Of a stretch of DNA of 64,000 nucleotides, positions 39,713 to 49,850 are shown in pieces. The position numbers and the translations under genes were made by a program. The DNA is taken from the NCBI GenBank assembly GCA_041658985.1, contig JBAZZC010000006.1, forward strand, positions 2,369 through 66,368, in the 5' to 3' direction. Below the pieces are notes generated by a model. The model was not told the origin of the DNA, searched no databases, and saw nothing but the letters and a program-made list of their open reading frames with translations. Position 1 is the first letter of the stretch, and the number at the start of each line of letters is the position of its first letter. Source of the stretch: Minisyncoccota bacterium. GTDB taxonomy: Bacteria; Patescibacteriota; Minisyncoccia; Phycocordibacterales; DATDWN01.

Positions 39713-39979
39713 CTACTCCTTTTGACCACCCGCCTTTACTTTATTGAGAGCCATTTCTTTCTCAAGGGAGAAAAACTCGGCTCTTTTAATCCTCTGGGAG
39801 AGAGCATAAATCCAGCTTACATTGCAGGGGTCGTGGGCTTTTACCCACTCAAGGTAAGCTTTCCCTTCCGTGATGAGTTGGTACATCCACTCAAGAGGAT
39901 CTTCCGGGTGAAGCTTTCTAAGGGCTTCAGCGCAGTCGACAAGTTCTTGTTCCACTTGAACCTTGTTTTGTTTTCCCAT
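39713..39979 (-). CDS. Moderately GC-rich 88-aa hypothetical protein with its own RBS and terminator
   Basis: RBS GGAGGTG and a terminator hairpin plus T6 at ~39610-39665. Confidence 0.4.
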   Translation of the reverse strand: MGKQNKVQVEQELVDCAEALRKLHPEDPLEWMYQLITEGKAYLEWVKAHDPCNVSWIYALSQRIKRAEFFSLEKEMALNKVKAGGQKE

Positions 39980-40082
39980 TTTTTCACCTCCTTCGTGGGA
40001 AAATGGATTGGGTTGTCGGGTTACAAATCTAACAAGAATATATCATTTTTTGTTAATTGAGTAAATATGCTATAATGCTGGC

Positions 40083-42050
40083 GTGAAGATAGATTTAAAA
40101 AAGAAGGTTTTAGTGGGACCCATAAGCATCAACACAAAAGGTGTTGGTTTTTTTGACATAATTGATAAGGACAGCATAGAAATCCAGCCACAATACGTTA
40201 ATAGGGCCTTCCATGGAGATACAGTAGAGATTTCCCTGACTGGAAAAAGGATAAAAGGAAGAGAGCAGGGCAAGGTCAACAAAATAATTCAAAGGATAAA
40301 AACAGAATTTGTCGGAGTTGTAGATAAACATGATGGAAGTATTTTTATTATTCCAGACGATAAAAGATTGTATGTGGACATATTTTTACCAGAAGAAACA
40401 AAAGTCACTGCCGGAGATAAGGTTTTAGTAAAAATCGTTGATTGGGAAGCAAAAAATCTCCAGGGCAACCTCTTAAAAGTCATTGGTAAGAAAGGTGAAA
40501 ACAACACAGAAATGGAATCTATCGTCCTGGAGAAAGGTTTTAGAATTGAATTCCCTGTGGAAGTGCAGAGAGAGGCAGAAAAGATAAAAAATGAATATAA
40601 AAACCATTTCGAAGCCGAGGCAAAAAACAGAAAAGACATGAGAAGTATAACAACCATGACCATAGACCCGGCAGATGCCAAAGACTTTGACGATGCTATC
40701 TCCTTTCAGGATTTAGGAAATAATCAATACGAAATTGGTGTTCATATTGCCGATGTCTCGTATTTTGTAACCCCAAACACAAAACTTGATAAAGAATCAG
40801 AAAAAAGAGGACTGTCTGTCTACCTTGTTGACCGAACAATTCCAATGCTCCCAGAAATTCTTTCTAACGACTTGTGTTCCCTGAACCCAAATGAAGACAA
40901 GTTTACTTTTTCTGCCGTATTTACCTTAAATAGCAATGGTGATGTAGAAAAGGAATGGTTTGGTCGCACAGTAATACATAGTGACAAAAGATTTTCATAT
41001 GAGGAAGCGCAGGATGTTATAGACGGCCTGCCTGCCATGCCTGCGCATGCAGGGCAGGCAGGGAAAAAGCAAGGGTCCCACCAAAAAGAGCTTCGTAAAC
41101 TAAAAGAAATCGCTCAAAAACTGGAGAAGAAAAAATATCATGGCGGAGCAATAAACTTTGAAACAGAAGAAGTAAAATTTGAGTTAGACAAAGCCGGTAA
41201 GCCGATTCGTGTTTATAAAAAAAGTCGCCTAGAAACACACAAACTGGTAGAAGAGTTCATGCTTTTAGCCAATCGAGCGGTAGCAAAATTTGTTTTCATG
41301 TCACAAAATAAAGACATCCGTAAAAAAGGCGCCCAGAGTGTCTACAGAATTCACGCCAACCCAGACCCAGAAAGAATACAAAACTTGGCTATATTTTTAA
41401 AAGCCCTTGGTTTTGAATTGAAAAATAAAGATGGACACGTAACTTCAAAAGATATAAATAAACTTTTGGAGGAAGTTGAGGGTACACCAAACGAGGAACT
41501 GATAAAAACAGCCACTATCCGTAGTATGGCCAAAGCGGTTTATTCCACAAAAAATATCGGGCACTTTGGTCTGGCTTTCACATATTACACACACTTCACT
41601 TCACCCATCCGCCGGTATCCAGACCTTCTTGTTCATAGATTTCTTGAAAGAGAATTAAAGGGAGGAAAAATAGAACAAAACGAGTATCAAAAATTTGAAC
41701 AAATCTGTTTGGAATCCAGCGAGCTTGAAAAGAAAGCCTCTGATGCAGAAAGAGCAAGTATAAAATACAAACAAGTAGAATACATGACAGAACATGTCGG
41801 ACAGGATTATGATGGAACAATAACTGGTGTGACGGAGTGGGGTATCTACATAGAAGAAAAAGAAACAAAGTGTGAGGGTATGGTAAAACTTCGTGATTTA
41901 GATGATGACTACTACTCACTTGATGAAAAAAATTACACCCTGAAAGGAGAAAAAACTGGACGAAAATTTACTTTGGGTGATTCTGTGAGATTTCGGGTTG
42001 TGTCAGCCGATATGGAAAAAAGGGTCTTAGATTATAAACTGTTGGACTAA
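40083..42050 (+). CDS. rnr: Ribonuclease R (RNB family 3'-5' exoribonuclease)
   Basis: Cold-shock-like N-terminus, RNB catalytic domain (DPADAKDFDDAIS) and a C-terminal S1 domain. Confidence 0.85.
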   Translation: MKIDLKKKVLVGPISINTKGVGFFDIIDKDSIEIQPQYVNRAFHGDTVEISLTGKRIKGREQGKVNKIIQRIKTEFVGVVDKHDGSIFIIPDDKRLYVDIFLPEETKVTAGDKVLVKIVDWEAKNLQGNLLKVIGKKGENNTEMESIVLEKGFRIEFPVEVQREAEKIKNEYKNHFEAEAKNRKDMRSITTMTIDPADAKDFDDAISFQDLGNNQYEIGVHIADVSYFVTPNTKLDKESEKRGLSVYLVDRTIPMLPEILSNDLCSLNPNEDKFTFSAVFTLNSNGDVEKEWFGRTVIHSDKRFSYEEAQDVIDGLPAMPAHAGQAGKKQGSHQKELRKLKEIAQKLEKKKYHGGAINFETEEVKFELDKAGKPIRVYKKSRLETHKLVEEFMLLANRAVAKFVFMSQNKDIRKKGAQSVYRIHANPDPERIQNLAIFLKALGFELKNKDGHVTSKDINKLLEEVEGTPNEELIKTATIRSMAKAVYSTKNIGHFGLAFTYYTHFTSPIRRYPDLLVHRFLERELKGGKIEQNEYQKFEQICLESSELEKKASDAERASIKYKQVEYMTEHVGQDYDGTITGVTEWGIYIEEKETKCEGMVKLRDLDDDYYSLDEKNYTLKGEKTGRKFTLGDSVRFRVVSADMEKRVLDYKLLD

Positions 42051-42091
42051 AACCTAATAATGTTGTATAATGCCAGAGGAGGTGTCACGCC

Positions 42092-42520
42092 ATGGTAGCA
42101 AGAGTGTTGCAATGGCTTCAAGTGATGCCATTGAAAAAGAAGCGAGAGAAAAAACTCCGCGGAGTCGCCCTTGCAGTAAAGATCGCGGGTGACATCGCAG
42201 AAGCTGGACTGCTTAGGGTGGTGGAGAGAGATGACAATCCACCTGGAGAGGTCTGCGCCAAAATCAGAGTCTACACCAGACTGAGGGTAACTACCAAGAT
42301 AGAGGGTACGGAACCACCAGTCTACTACTCCGAATGGAAAGAGTTCAGGTGGTGGGTCAATCTTCGCCCAAAACACTTTCCAGCAAGTGTGGAAAACCCA
42401 GGTCCCCTGATTCCAGAAGCACACCAGATTCACTCTATTGAATTCTGGTTCGCAAAGAAAAGAAGCTGTCGGCATCTCGCCGACCCCAGTACACATCTCA
42501 CGATCAAATCGTGGGAATGA
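42092..42520 (+). CDS. GC-rich cassette gene (142 aa, hypothetical)
   Basis: TTGGAC-17-TATAAT promoter overlapping the rnr stop, RBS AGAGGAGG, and a downstream CCCCC...GGGGG hairpin. Confidence 0.4.
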   Translation: MVARVLQWLQVMPLKKKREKKLRGVALAVKIAGDIAEAGLLRVVERDDNPPGEVCAKIRVYTRLRVTTKIEGTEPPVYYSEWKEFRWWVNLRPKHFPASVENPGPLIPEAHQIHSIEFWFAKKRSCRHLADPSTHLTIKSWE

Positions 42521-42579
42521 TAACCCCCAAGTGAATCGTTTTCGTGACGGTGAACAAGGGGGTTTCGCGTTTTAAAAAA

Positions 42580-44613
42580 TTATAATCTTTCAAGTATCTT
42601 TACTACTCCTTTATTTGCATCAACCTCTACAATGTCTCCATCTTTCAGTATTTGAGTTGCAATCCTTGTTCCAATAATACATGGTTTTTTGAGTTCCCTA
42701 GCAGTAATAGCTGCATGAGAAGTGATTCCTCCCTCATCAGTTATAATTGCACCAGCTTTTAATACAGCAGGTAAAAAGTCAGTTGTGGTCATAGGAGAAA
42801 CAATAACATCTCCTTCCATCACCTCCCCCACCTGTTCTCTTCGTCTTAAGATTTTTACTTTACCAGTCACCCTCCCCTTTTGAGCGATTTCGCCTCTTAT
42901 CTCATTAGACCCCTCCCCACTTACAACATCTTTTTTAAAAATAAAGTTTGGATGTAATTTATTAAATTCATCTAGGGTTATCATTAATCTTTCTGCCCCT
43001 TGAACCGCAAGAAAATGCTCCCTTCGTTTTTTTAATATATCAATATCTGGAATTGAATCTAGCTCGTCAAAGAAAATTGTTGTCTCTAAACCTTTTAATT
43101 CTGGATACAAACTAATAAGACTGTTACGAATAACTATGTCGTTTTTTGCAAAGAAGTCGTCTTCGTTTCGCATTTCAATAGCCTTATCCATCACATTTTT
43201 TGGTGTCCTATCATCTAAAGTAGAGTAATAGTACGGAATATAATAAGCCATGGTCTCTTTTGATATTTCAATCAATTTCTTTATCTTTTCAATAGAGAGC
43301 ATCTTTTCTTCCCACAATTTATGGATTGCTGACAATTTTTCTTTGTATTTTTTCAGAACTTCATCCATAAATTCCGAAGTTTCAGAGTTTTTCTTTAAAA
43401 TAGTACTTGATAACCACCTAGTAGCCCTTACATTTTCCCAAACTTCAATACTTCCTTGACTCATATAGTTAATAATGATTGGAGTATATGGATTTTTCCA
43501 ACCATATTCTTTTTCAACTGCTTCAGAACAGCCATAAGGCCACATTTCCTGCATTATGTACGTTGTGTCACGAGTTATTTTTTCAAAAATTATTTTTCTT
43601 GGTCCAAATATTGTGGTTAATGTTTTTTTCCAAAAACCATTTTGACTCTTTTGATTTGGTTTTTCTTTTAATAAGGTTGTGATTGGACGGCTTTGTAAAA
43701 TATAAAAATTTCCACCCTCAAGTGCCCACTCAATGTCACAAGGAAAATCGTAGTGATTCTCAATTTTTATTATTAAGTCAGCCAACTCAAGAATTTGTGC
43801 TTCTGTAAGAACTTGAGATGAGGCTTTGGGTTCTGAAATATCTAGCCATTCATTACCACCAGTCTCTGCACGATAAAGCCCCCTCGTTTGAGTGGAGATA
43901 TTCGTATCAATAATTTCTCTTGGTTCTTTTTCAACGACATAAGAATTTGGGGTAATCTGTCCTGATACAATTGCTTCGCCCAAGCCAAACCCGGCTTCTA
44001 TTACTATTTGATTTTTGTCTTCTGTAACAGGATGAACAGAAAAGGCAACGCCTGATATTTCGGAATCAACCATTTTTTGAACAACAACTGCTACTGATAT
44101 TTTAGTTGTGTGCAAGCCCTTTTCAAACCTGTAAAATATAGCTCTCGGGGTAAAGAGAGAGGCCCAACATTTTTGAATATTTTCAAGTAAATTTTCTTCT
44201 TTTGTATTTAAAAATGAATCAAGTTGTCCCGCCCAAGCGTTTTCTGTTCCATCTTCGGCCGTAGCAGAAGAGCGAACGGCAACAAATTTAGCATCTAATT
44301 CTTTAAACTGTTTTTTTATTTCATCTACAATATTCTCTGGTATTGTTACATTCTTAATTAGACCTTGTATTTTTTCTGAAACATTTTCTACTGTGTGTAT
44401 TTCTCTGTGGTCAACCCCATAAAGAGCACTATCAATTTCTTGAATCAAATCCGACTCTTTTATAAACTGGTCAAAAGCTGTGGACAAGATAATAAATCCA
44501 GAAGGTATCGGCATCCCCGCCTGTGCCATTTCACCAAGGGAGGCACCCTTACCTCCAGCCAAAGTAACATCTTTTTTATTTATCTCTGTAAATTTTTTAG
44601 TAAAATTCCACAT
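42580..44613 (-). CDS. PEP-utilising enzyme family protein with an N-terminal PpsA-like ATP-grasp and a C-terminal phosphohistidine swivel domain; no obvious PEP/pyruvate TIM barrel
   Basis: N-terminal KGASLGEM...GFIILSTAFDQF and C-terminal GGITSHAAITARELKKPCIIG. 677 aa. Confidence 0.65.
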   Translation of the reverse strand: MWNFTKKFTEINKKDVTLAGGKGASLGEMAQAGMPIPSGFIILSTAFDQFIKESDLIQEIDSALYGVDHREIHTVENVSEKIQGLIKNVTIPENIVDEIKKQFKELDAKFVAVRSSATAEDGTENAWAGQLDSFLNTKEENLLENIQKCWASLFTPRAIFYRFEKGLHTTKISVAVVVQKMVDSEISGVAFSVHPVTEDKNQIVIEAGFGLGEAIVSGQITPNSYVVEKEPREIIDTNISTQTRGLYRAETGGNEWLDISEPKASSQVLTEAQILELADLIIKIENHYDFPCDIEWALEGGNFYILQSRPITTLLKEKPNQKSQNGFWKKTLTTIFGPRKIIFEKITRDTTYIMQEMWPYGCSEAVEKEYGWKNPYTPIIINYMSQGSIEVWENVRATRWLSSTILKKNSETSEFMDEVLKKYKEKLSAIHKLWEEKMLSIEKIKKLIEISKETMAYYIPYYYSTLDDRTPKNVMDKAIEMRNEDDFFAKNDIVIRNSLISLYPELKGLETTIFFDELDSIPDIDILKKRREHFLAVQGAERLMITLDEFNKLHPNFIFKKDVVSGEGSNEIRGEIAQKGRVTGKVKILRRREQVGEVMEGDVIVSPMTTTDFLPAVLKAGAIITDEGGITSHAAITARELKKPCIIGTRIATQILKDGDIVEVDANKGVVKILERL

Positions 44614-44615
44614 AT

Positions 44616-46868
44616 TTATTTGGCTATTGTCACTGCTTGGTCAAAAGCCACAGACAAAAGCTTAGACCCGCCACCCATACCCATAGTTACACCATATAGA
44701 ACTCCGGCGCGAGACATTGTTTCGCGGTTGTGGGTAATTAAAATTAGTTGAGAATATTTTGAAAGATTTTCTATCATATCTCCGTATTTTTTTGAATTTG
44801 CTTCATCCAGCGCTGCGTCTGTTTCATCTAGAATAATAAACGGTGGTGGATTAACTTGAGAAACAGCAAAAAGTAAGGCGATGGAGGTCAGGGCCCTTTC
44901 GCCACCAGAGAGCATCATAAGTCCTTTTATTTTTTTCTTTGGAAGATTCACCTCTATATCTATTCCTTCCTCTACTTCCTCTGGAACTGTATCCTCCAGA
45001 GTTGGGTCTTCCTCGAGAAGCAAATCATCTACTTCTTTCTTTTTGTGCTTCGGCGGTGCCACGACGGAAAGCCTTGCTTCTCCCCCCCCAAACATAACAG
45101 CAAAATATTCTTTAAACTGAATGTTTATTTTATCAACTCCATTTTTAAACTCTGTTGAAAGTCGCACATCTAAATCAGCAATTAGTTCTGTCAGAGACTG
45201 TGCTGATTTTTCCAAATCAGTTAATTCTTTTTCCAAAAAGGCATCCCTTTCACTCACTTCCGTATATTCCTTTAAAACGTCAGTACCTTCTGTCCCTCCA
45301 GCGTCCTCAAGACGGATTTTTGTTTTCTCTATTTTGCGACGACGTTCTTCCTGTGCACTTCTTGGTTCGTCAAAATCAAATAAAAGAGACTGAAACTGTA
45401 AGACGTGAGTGCCAAGCATCATACCAAGTTCCGTCAGTTCTCTTTTGAAATCCTCACGAACCAGACGAAGTGTCTCTTCCTCTGCTTTTAAACTGTGTAG
45501 TTTGGAGCGAACTTCTTGCGATTCGGACATAATTCGAAAAACCGCTTTCTCAGCATCACGATTTGAATCTTTTTCTTTCTCTATTTTATTTTGCAGGGCT
45601 GTATATTGGTTAGTTAATCCATTTTCTTTATTCTTTATCTCTTCCAGAGACTCTTCAATTTGCCTCTTTGAGTTTTTAAGATTTTCAATATCTTTGGTGG
45701 CCTCAGAAAGAAGTGAGCTGTCAACCTTTTCCTTGTTTTTGTCCACAAATCTCGAGAGCAATTCCCCAACCTCGTCCAGTGCCGTCAGTAACTTCTCCAA
45801 ACTGCCATCTCTTTTTGCCTCTTTTATTTTTTCTTCAATTTGAGAAGATAGTGTTTCCACAGAAACTAAAGTTACGGTCTTGTGCTCTAAGGAATGTGCT
45901 ATTTCCTCCTGTTTTTTGACCATCCTGACAAGTGAAGAAATCTCGCCATCAAGTTTGCCGGCCTCACGAAACAAACCATCTTTTTCTTCACGAATTTTTT
46001 GTAATTCTCTCTCCAGTGTAATAAGTTCTTCCGATGTGGCATCTTTATGTTTACTACTATCTAAAATATGTTTAGCCTCTTCTAGTTCTGTATTGAGCTC
46101 TTTTTCTTTTTCTAGCAATGGCAACTTTTGACTTTCGACTTTTGACTTTTGACTACTAATATATTCTTCTTCTCGTCTGCAATATTCAAGAGCATCTTTT
46201 TGTAATTCATCGCGAAGCTCAATTGATTTTTGAACTTTTTCAACTTGTTTTTTCAGGAAGCGAATGTGTGGCATTATTTCTCGACGAAGTGATTGGGTTT
46301 GAGTAATGTTTTCTCTTGTCTTTTCCAACTTTCTTTCACTTTCTTGTTTTTTATATTGATACATCTTGAGACCCAAGGCGTCCTCTATCATTGATTTTCT
46401 TTCTTTTATATTTGCATTGAGAATTCTGTCCGCTTCACCTTGGGAAATAATATGATGCCCCGATGAGCCAATATGGGCAGAAGCCAAAAGTTCCACCACA
46501 TCACGAAGGCGCACCTGTGAGCCATTTATTATGTACTCATTTACCGAATCACGATGAACTACTCGTTCAATGGTGACTGTTTCATAATCAATCGGGAGAA
46601 ATTTACTACTATTATCAAAGATGATTTTTACACTAGCTCTGTTTGCCCTCGGTGTATCATTTGAGCCATTCCAGATTAAATCTTCACCCTTTTTTCCACG
46701 AAGAGACTTAATGGATTGTTCACCCAAAACGAAACTAAAGGCTTCAGCCACATTTGACTTACCAGAACCATTTGGCCCAACAATAGCCGAAATTTTAGAC
46801 GTGAACTGAAGCTCGCTCTTTTTAGCAAAGGATTTAAACCCGTTTAGTTCAATACTTTTTAAATACAT
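44616..46868 (-). CDS. smc: Short SMC-like chromosome-segregation ATPase (750 aa, coiled coil, no recognisable hinge)
   Basis: Walker A GPNGSGKSN and C-terminal signature LSGGERALTSIALLFA with Walker B ILDETDAALD. Confidence 0.75.
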   Translation of the reverse strand: MYLKSIELNGFKSFAKKSELQFTSKISAIVGPNGSGKSNVAEAFSFVLGEQSIKSLRGKKGEDLIWNGSNDTPRANRASVKIIFDNSSKFLPIDYETVTIERVVHRDSVNEYIINGSQVRLRDVVELLASAHIGSSGHHIISQGEADRILNANIKERKSMIEDALGLKMYQYKKQESERKLEKTRENITQTQSLRREIMPHIRFLKKQVEKVQKSIELRDELQKDALEYCRREEEYISSQKSKVESQKLPLLEKEKELNTELEEAKHILDSSKHKDATSEELITLERELQKIREEKDGLFREAGKLDGEISSLVRMVKKQEEIAHSLEHKTVTLVSVETLSSQIEEKIKEAKRDGSLEKLLTALDEVGELLSRFVDKNKEKVDSSLLSEATKDIENLKNSKRQIEESLEEIKNKENGLTNQYTALQNKIEKEKDSNRDAEKAVFRIMSESQEVRSKLHSLKAEEETLRLVREDFKRELTELGMMLGTHVLQFQSLLFDFDEPRSAQEERRRKIEKTKIRLEDAGGTEGTDVLKEYTEVSERDAFLEKELTDLEKSAQSLTELIADLDVRLSTEFKNGVDKINIQFKEYFAVMFGGGEARLSVVAPPKHKKKEVDDLLLEEDPTLEDTVPEEVEEGIDIEVNLPKKKIKGLMMLSGGERALTSIALLFAVSQVNPPPFIILDETDAALDEANSKKYGDMIENLSKYSQLILITHNRETMSRAGVLYGVTMGMGGGSKLLSVAFDQAVTIAK

Positions 46869-47005
46869 TTCGTCTTCTAGTATATCAAATTTTTTTCATA
46901 ACAGAAAAAACAATAACAAAGGAAAAAAGTAATCTACTAAAATAATTTGACAAAACCGTCCTTTAATAGGATCATATTGGCTGGACCCTTTCAAGGAGGC
47001 CCGTT

Positions 47006-47326
47006 TTGAAAGCTAGAGGCTTCAACCTTTTCGCACTCGGCGCTCTGTTCGGAGTTCTCCTAACGGCAGGTGTTGGCCGATACAAGGCCAACGACCAGCC
47101 GACGGAGGTCGTCACGAACCACGACTGGACGTGGGTCAAGGTGGAAAACCTCGTGGGCGTACCCACGAAGGGACACGACTACAGTTTCGGTGACATGTGT
47201 AGCATCATGCCTGGCGGGGTACTGGAGGTCCAAAGAAAGGTGGACCCCTGGGTAGTGCTGGAGTACACAAGTCCCCGAGAACCAACCGAGCCCGAGTGTG
47301 GGAGAGCGGGACCATTTTCAGCATGA
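47006..47326 (+). CDS. GC-rich cassette gene: small secreted protein (TTG start, signal peptide)
   Basis: RBS AGGAGG 7 nt before the TTG. TTGACA promoter upstream. Two hairpins follow, the second with T6, at 47372-47460. Confidence 0.45.
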   Translation: MKARGFNLFALGALFGVLLTAGVGRYKANDQPTEVVTNHDWTWVKVENLVGVPTKGHDYSFGDMCSIMPGGVLEVQRKVDPWVVLEYTSPREPTEPECGRAGPFSA

Positions 47327-47492
47327 AGCTGGCTGAGTTCGACAGACGATGGCCTGCGACACGATAAGTACCTCATGGGATCCTGTAGACTGACAATGCG
47401 TCACTCTACAGGATCCCAGCCCCCGAATTGGAAAACTCCGTTCGGTGGGTTTTTTCGTTTAAAAATCACAATATTGAGTTATAACTTTTTCA

Positions 47493-47646
47493 AGACATTG
47501 CACAGTCAATTAGAAAACAACGACGAAGTACGCCAGCCCGAAGCACTGTTTGAGCGTAGCGAGTTTGCGAAAGGGCCAGTACTGAGGAAGATTGTTTTCT
47601 TGATTGACGAGCATAGTAAAATCGCACCAGCGATTTATACGTGTCT
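47493..47646 (+). repeat. Copy 2 of the duplicated ~160-nt structured element
   Basis: See 8410-8576. Immediately precedes the rnc stop. Confidence 0.5.
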
Positions 47647-47671
47647 TGAAAAAGTTAGTAACGAAATAATT

Positions 47672-48367
47672 TTATTGCCAACCACGAGTTACCAGAGCTG
47701 AGCGGGCTGCAGCCTGTTCCGCCTCCTGTTTGGAAACACCATCACCTGTGGCTACTAAATCTTTGCCAACATATACACCAACCGTGAATCTTTTTTCGTG
47801 GTCAGGTCCGGCTTCTTTTATTGTTTTATATGCAGGAGTAATACCATCAAACTCCTGAGCTTTTTCTTGAAACAAGCTTTTAGCGTCAACGTGACTCCCT
47901 GTTGAAATTATATTTTCTATCTTTGGTGTAAAATTTTTCTCAATGAAGTCTTTTGCGGAATCATATCCTTGGTCAATGTAAATCGCACCAATAAGAGCTT
48001 CTAAAGCATTGGCTAGAATATATTGTCTGGCGCGCCCAACATCTTTGCTCTCACCTTTTGAGAGCAGTAAGTAATCACCCATTCCAAGAACCGTAGCAAT
48101 CTGGGAACAAGTATCTGCATTTACTAAGGCCGACCTGTAAGCGGTTAGTTCCCCCTCGGCCCTGTCTTCATATTTTTTAAATAAATAGTCGGTGATAACC
48201 AATTCCAAAACAGCATCGCCAAGAAATTCCAATCTTTCATTGTGTGCCAGACCAGATTGTTTGTTTTCATTTATATATGAACGATGAACAAAAGCCTGCG
48301 TCAAAAGAGCCTCATCTTTAAATGACAGCCCCGCCTCTTTTTGAAATTTTGCAAAATCTGTTGTCAT
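47672..48367 (-). CDS. rnc: Ribonuclease III
   Basis: Signature ERLEFLGDAVLELVITDYLF and a C-terminal dsRBD. Confidence 0.9.
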   Translation of the reverse strand: MTTDFAKFQKEAGLSFKDEALLTQAFVHRSYINENKQSGLAHNERLEFLGDAVLELVITDYLFKKYEDRAEGELTAYRSALVNADTCSQIATVLGMGDYLLLSKGESKDVGRARQYILANALEALIGAIYIDQGYDSAKDFIEKNFTPKIENIISTGSHVDAKSLFQEKAQEFDGITPAYKTIKEAGPDHEKRFTVGVYVGKDLVATGDGVSKQEAEQAAARSALVTRGWQ

Positions 48368-48374
48368 GGTATTT

Positions 48375-48480
48375 ATACGAATATGCGAACAATGCGAATC
48401 TACGAATGGCTACGAATTAAATGCTGGTTTGATTGTGTTATTCGTTGACATTCGCATCATTCGTTACATTTGTATATTCG
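48375..48480. repeat. Converging arrays of hexamer ACGAAT (x5) and its complement ATTCGT/ATTCGC (x4) in the nusB-rnc intergenic region
   Basis: TATACGAATATGCGAACAATGCGAATCTACGAATGGCTACGAAT ... ATTCGTTGACATTCGCATCATTCGTTACATTTGTATATTCGTATC. Confidence 0.5.
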
Positions 48481-48483
48481 TAT

Positions 48484-49392
48484 CTACTTCTTCAGTAGTA
48501 TATTTATCGCCTTGGTAATTAGTGGCAATATATCATTATAGAAGTTTAAGTCAATTATGTCGGCTAGCTTAAACCATTTAGCATCATCAAGCCCACCCTT
48601 GGCTTCTGGATGTAAATCTTGGTATTTTGCCTCAGCTAAAAAATACGTAACGTGTTTTCTTATCTTGCCTTTTTCTGGATGATAGGTTGGGTATTCATTT
48701 TCACCAAGTTTTTCTTTTATTTTTATATCAAGCCCCAACTCCTCTTTTATTTCTCGAATAGTTCCGTTCTCAACACTTTCATTTTTTGTCTCTTCCGAAT
48801 CACCAATTTTCCCTTTTGATAAAGTCCAGTGACCAAAGACATCGTGAACTAAAGCAAGATAAATATCTTCTCCATCCTTGGCATAAACAACCGCACCACC
48901 CAAATGTTGCATGGGAATATTTGTCGGCATATGCACTTTCCTTTTGTCTTTTGATGTTTCTTCTTTACCGGGCTCTCCCAGTTCTTTGTAAACCGCACCC
49001 AAAACTCCATTAACAAATTTACTTGAGGTCTCTCCACCAAAGGCTTTAGACAGTTCAATGGCCTCGTTTATAGCAACCTTTGGAGGAACTTCCCCTCTAT
49101 CAGAGAACAACAGTTCGTATAACCCAATACGAAGAATATTTCTGTCTATAATACTTATTTTATCTATTGGCCAGTCAGGAGCTGCCTTTTCTATAATCAA
49201 ATCTATATCTTTTTGTTTTTCCAAAACACCGTCTAGTAAATTCTCCATAAATGAAAAATCTCCGTGACCCGGAGCAAATTCCTGTACATTGCGCTTAAAA
49301 ATAGTAGGTATTTCTTTTTTATCTTTTGAGGCAAAGTCCCACTCAAAGAGTGTTTGTAATACTATACTTCTGGAAAGGTGCCTGTTTGCCAT
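48484..49392 (-). CDS. NusB antitermination factor fused to a C-terminal NUDIX hydrolase
   Basis: NusB fold at residues 1-135. The Nudix box GKIGDSEETKNESVENGTIREIKEELGL lies in the C-terminal half. Single uninterrupted 302-aa ORF. Confidence 0.7.
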   Translation of the reverse strand: MANRHLSRSIVLQTLFEWDFASKDKKEIPTIFKRNVQEFAPGHGDFSFMENLLDGVLEKQKDIDLIIEKAAPDWPIDKISIIDRNILRIGLYELLFSDRGEVPPKVAINEAIELSKAFGGETSSKFVNGVLGAVYKELGEPGKEETSKDKRKVHMPTNIPMQHLGGAVVYAKDGEDIYLALVHDVFGHWTLSKGKIGDSEETKNESVENGTIREIKEELGLDIKIKEKLGENEYPTYHPEKGKIRKHVTYFLAEAKYQDLHPEAKGGLDDAKWFKLADIIDLNFYNDILPLITKAINILLKK

Positions 49393-49486
49393 TAAACTAG
49401 TGATTAGGTTCTAGTAACTAGGTTTTAGTATATCAAGAAACATATTCCCTGCCTAGACACTAGAACCTATAACCTTAAACCTAATC

Positions 49487-49702
49487 TTATCTGTCCTCTT
49501 TCTTTGAAAGCTTTTCTCTCTTTGTTCTCTTAGCAATCTTCGCCTGCATATCAATAACTACTCTACCCTTATACTGGCCAGTAACAATAGATGCTCTGTG
49601 ACGTAAGTGCGGAACATTTGTGTTTTTGTCCAAAGTTACAGCAGGAGAAGACAATCGGTGATGAGACCGAGTTCTGTTTCGCTGACTCTTTGTATGACGC
49701 AT
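49487..49702 (-). CDS. rpmF: Probable ribosomal protein L32 (bL32), Cys-less (zinc-free) variant
   Basis: MRHTKSQRNRTRSHHRLSSPAVT...YKGRVV matches the L32 pattern K.R.RR..H.L..P with the Cys positions replaced. Confidence 0.5.
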   Translation of the reverse strand: MRHTKSQRNRTRSHHRLSSPAVTLDKNTNVPHLRHRASIVTGQYKGRVVIDMQAKIAKRTKREKLSKKEDR

Positions 49703-49850
49703 TCTTACAACCATAATTAAAAATCATAACATATCTGTTTTAAAAAAACAACTTTACATACATAAAATAAATCCCAACTTACTTACTACCTCATTATTAT
49801 AAATTAGACAAAAATGTGCGACCGCATTATTTTGTCTAATTTATGACTTA

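Noticed and set aside
42047-42496. Minus-strand 149-aa ORF overlapping the 42092-42520 cassette gene
   Set aside because: The plus-strand gene has a TATAAT promoter and an AGAGGAGG RBS. The minus ORF has neither.
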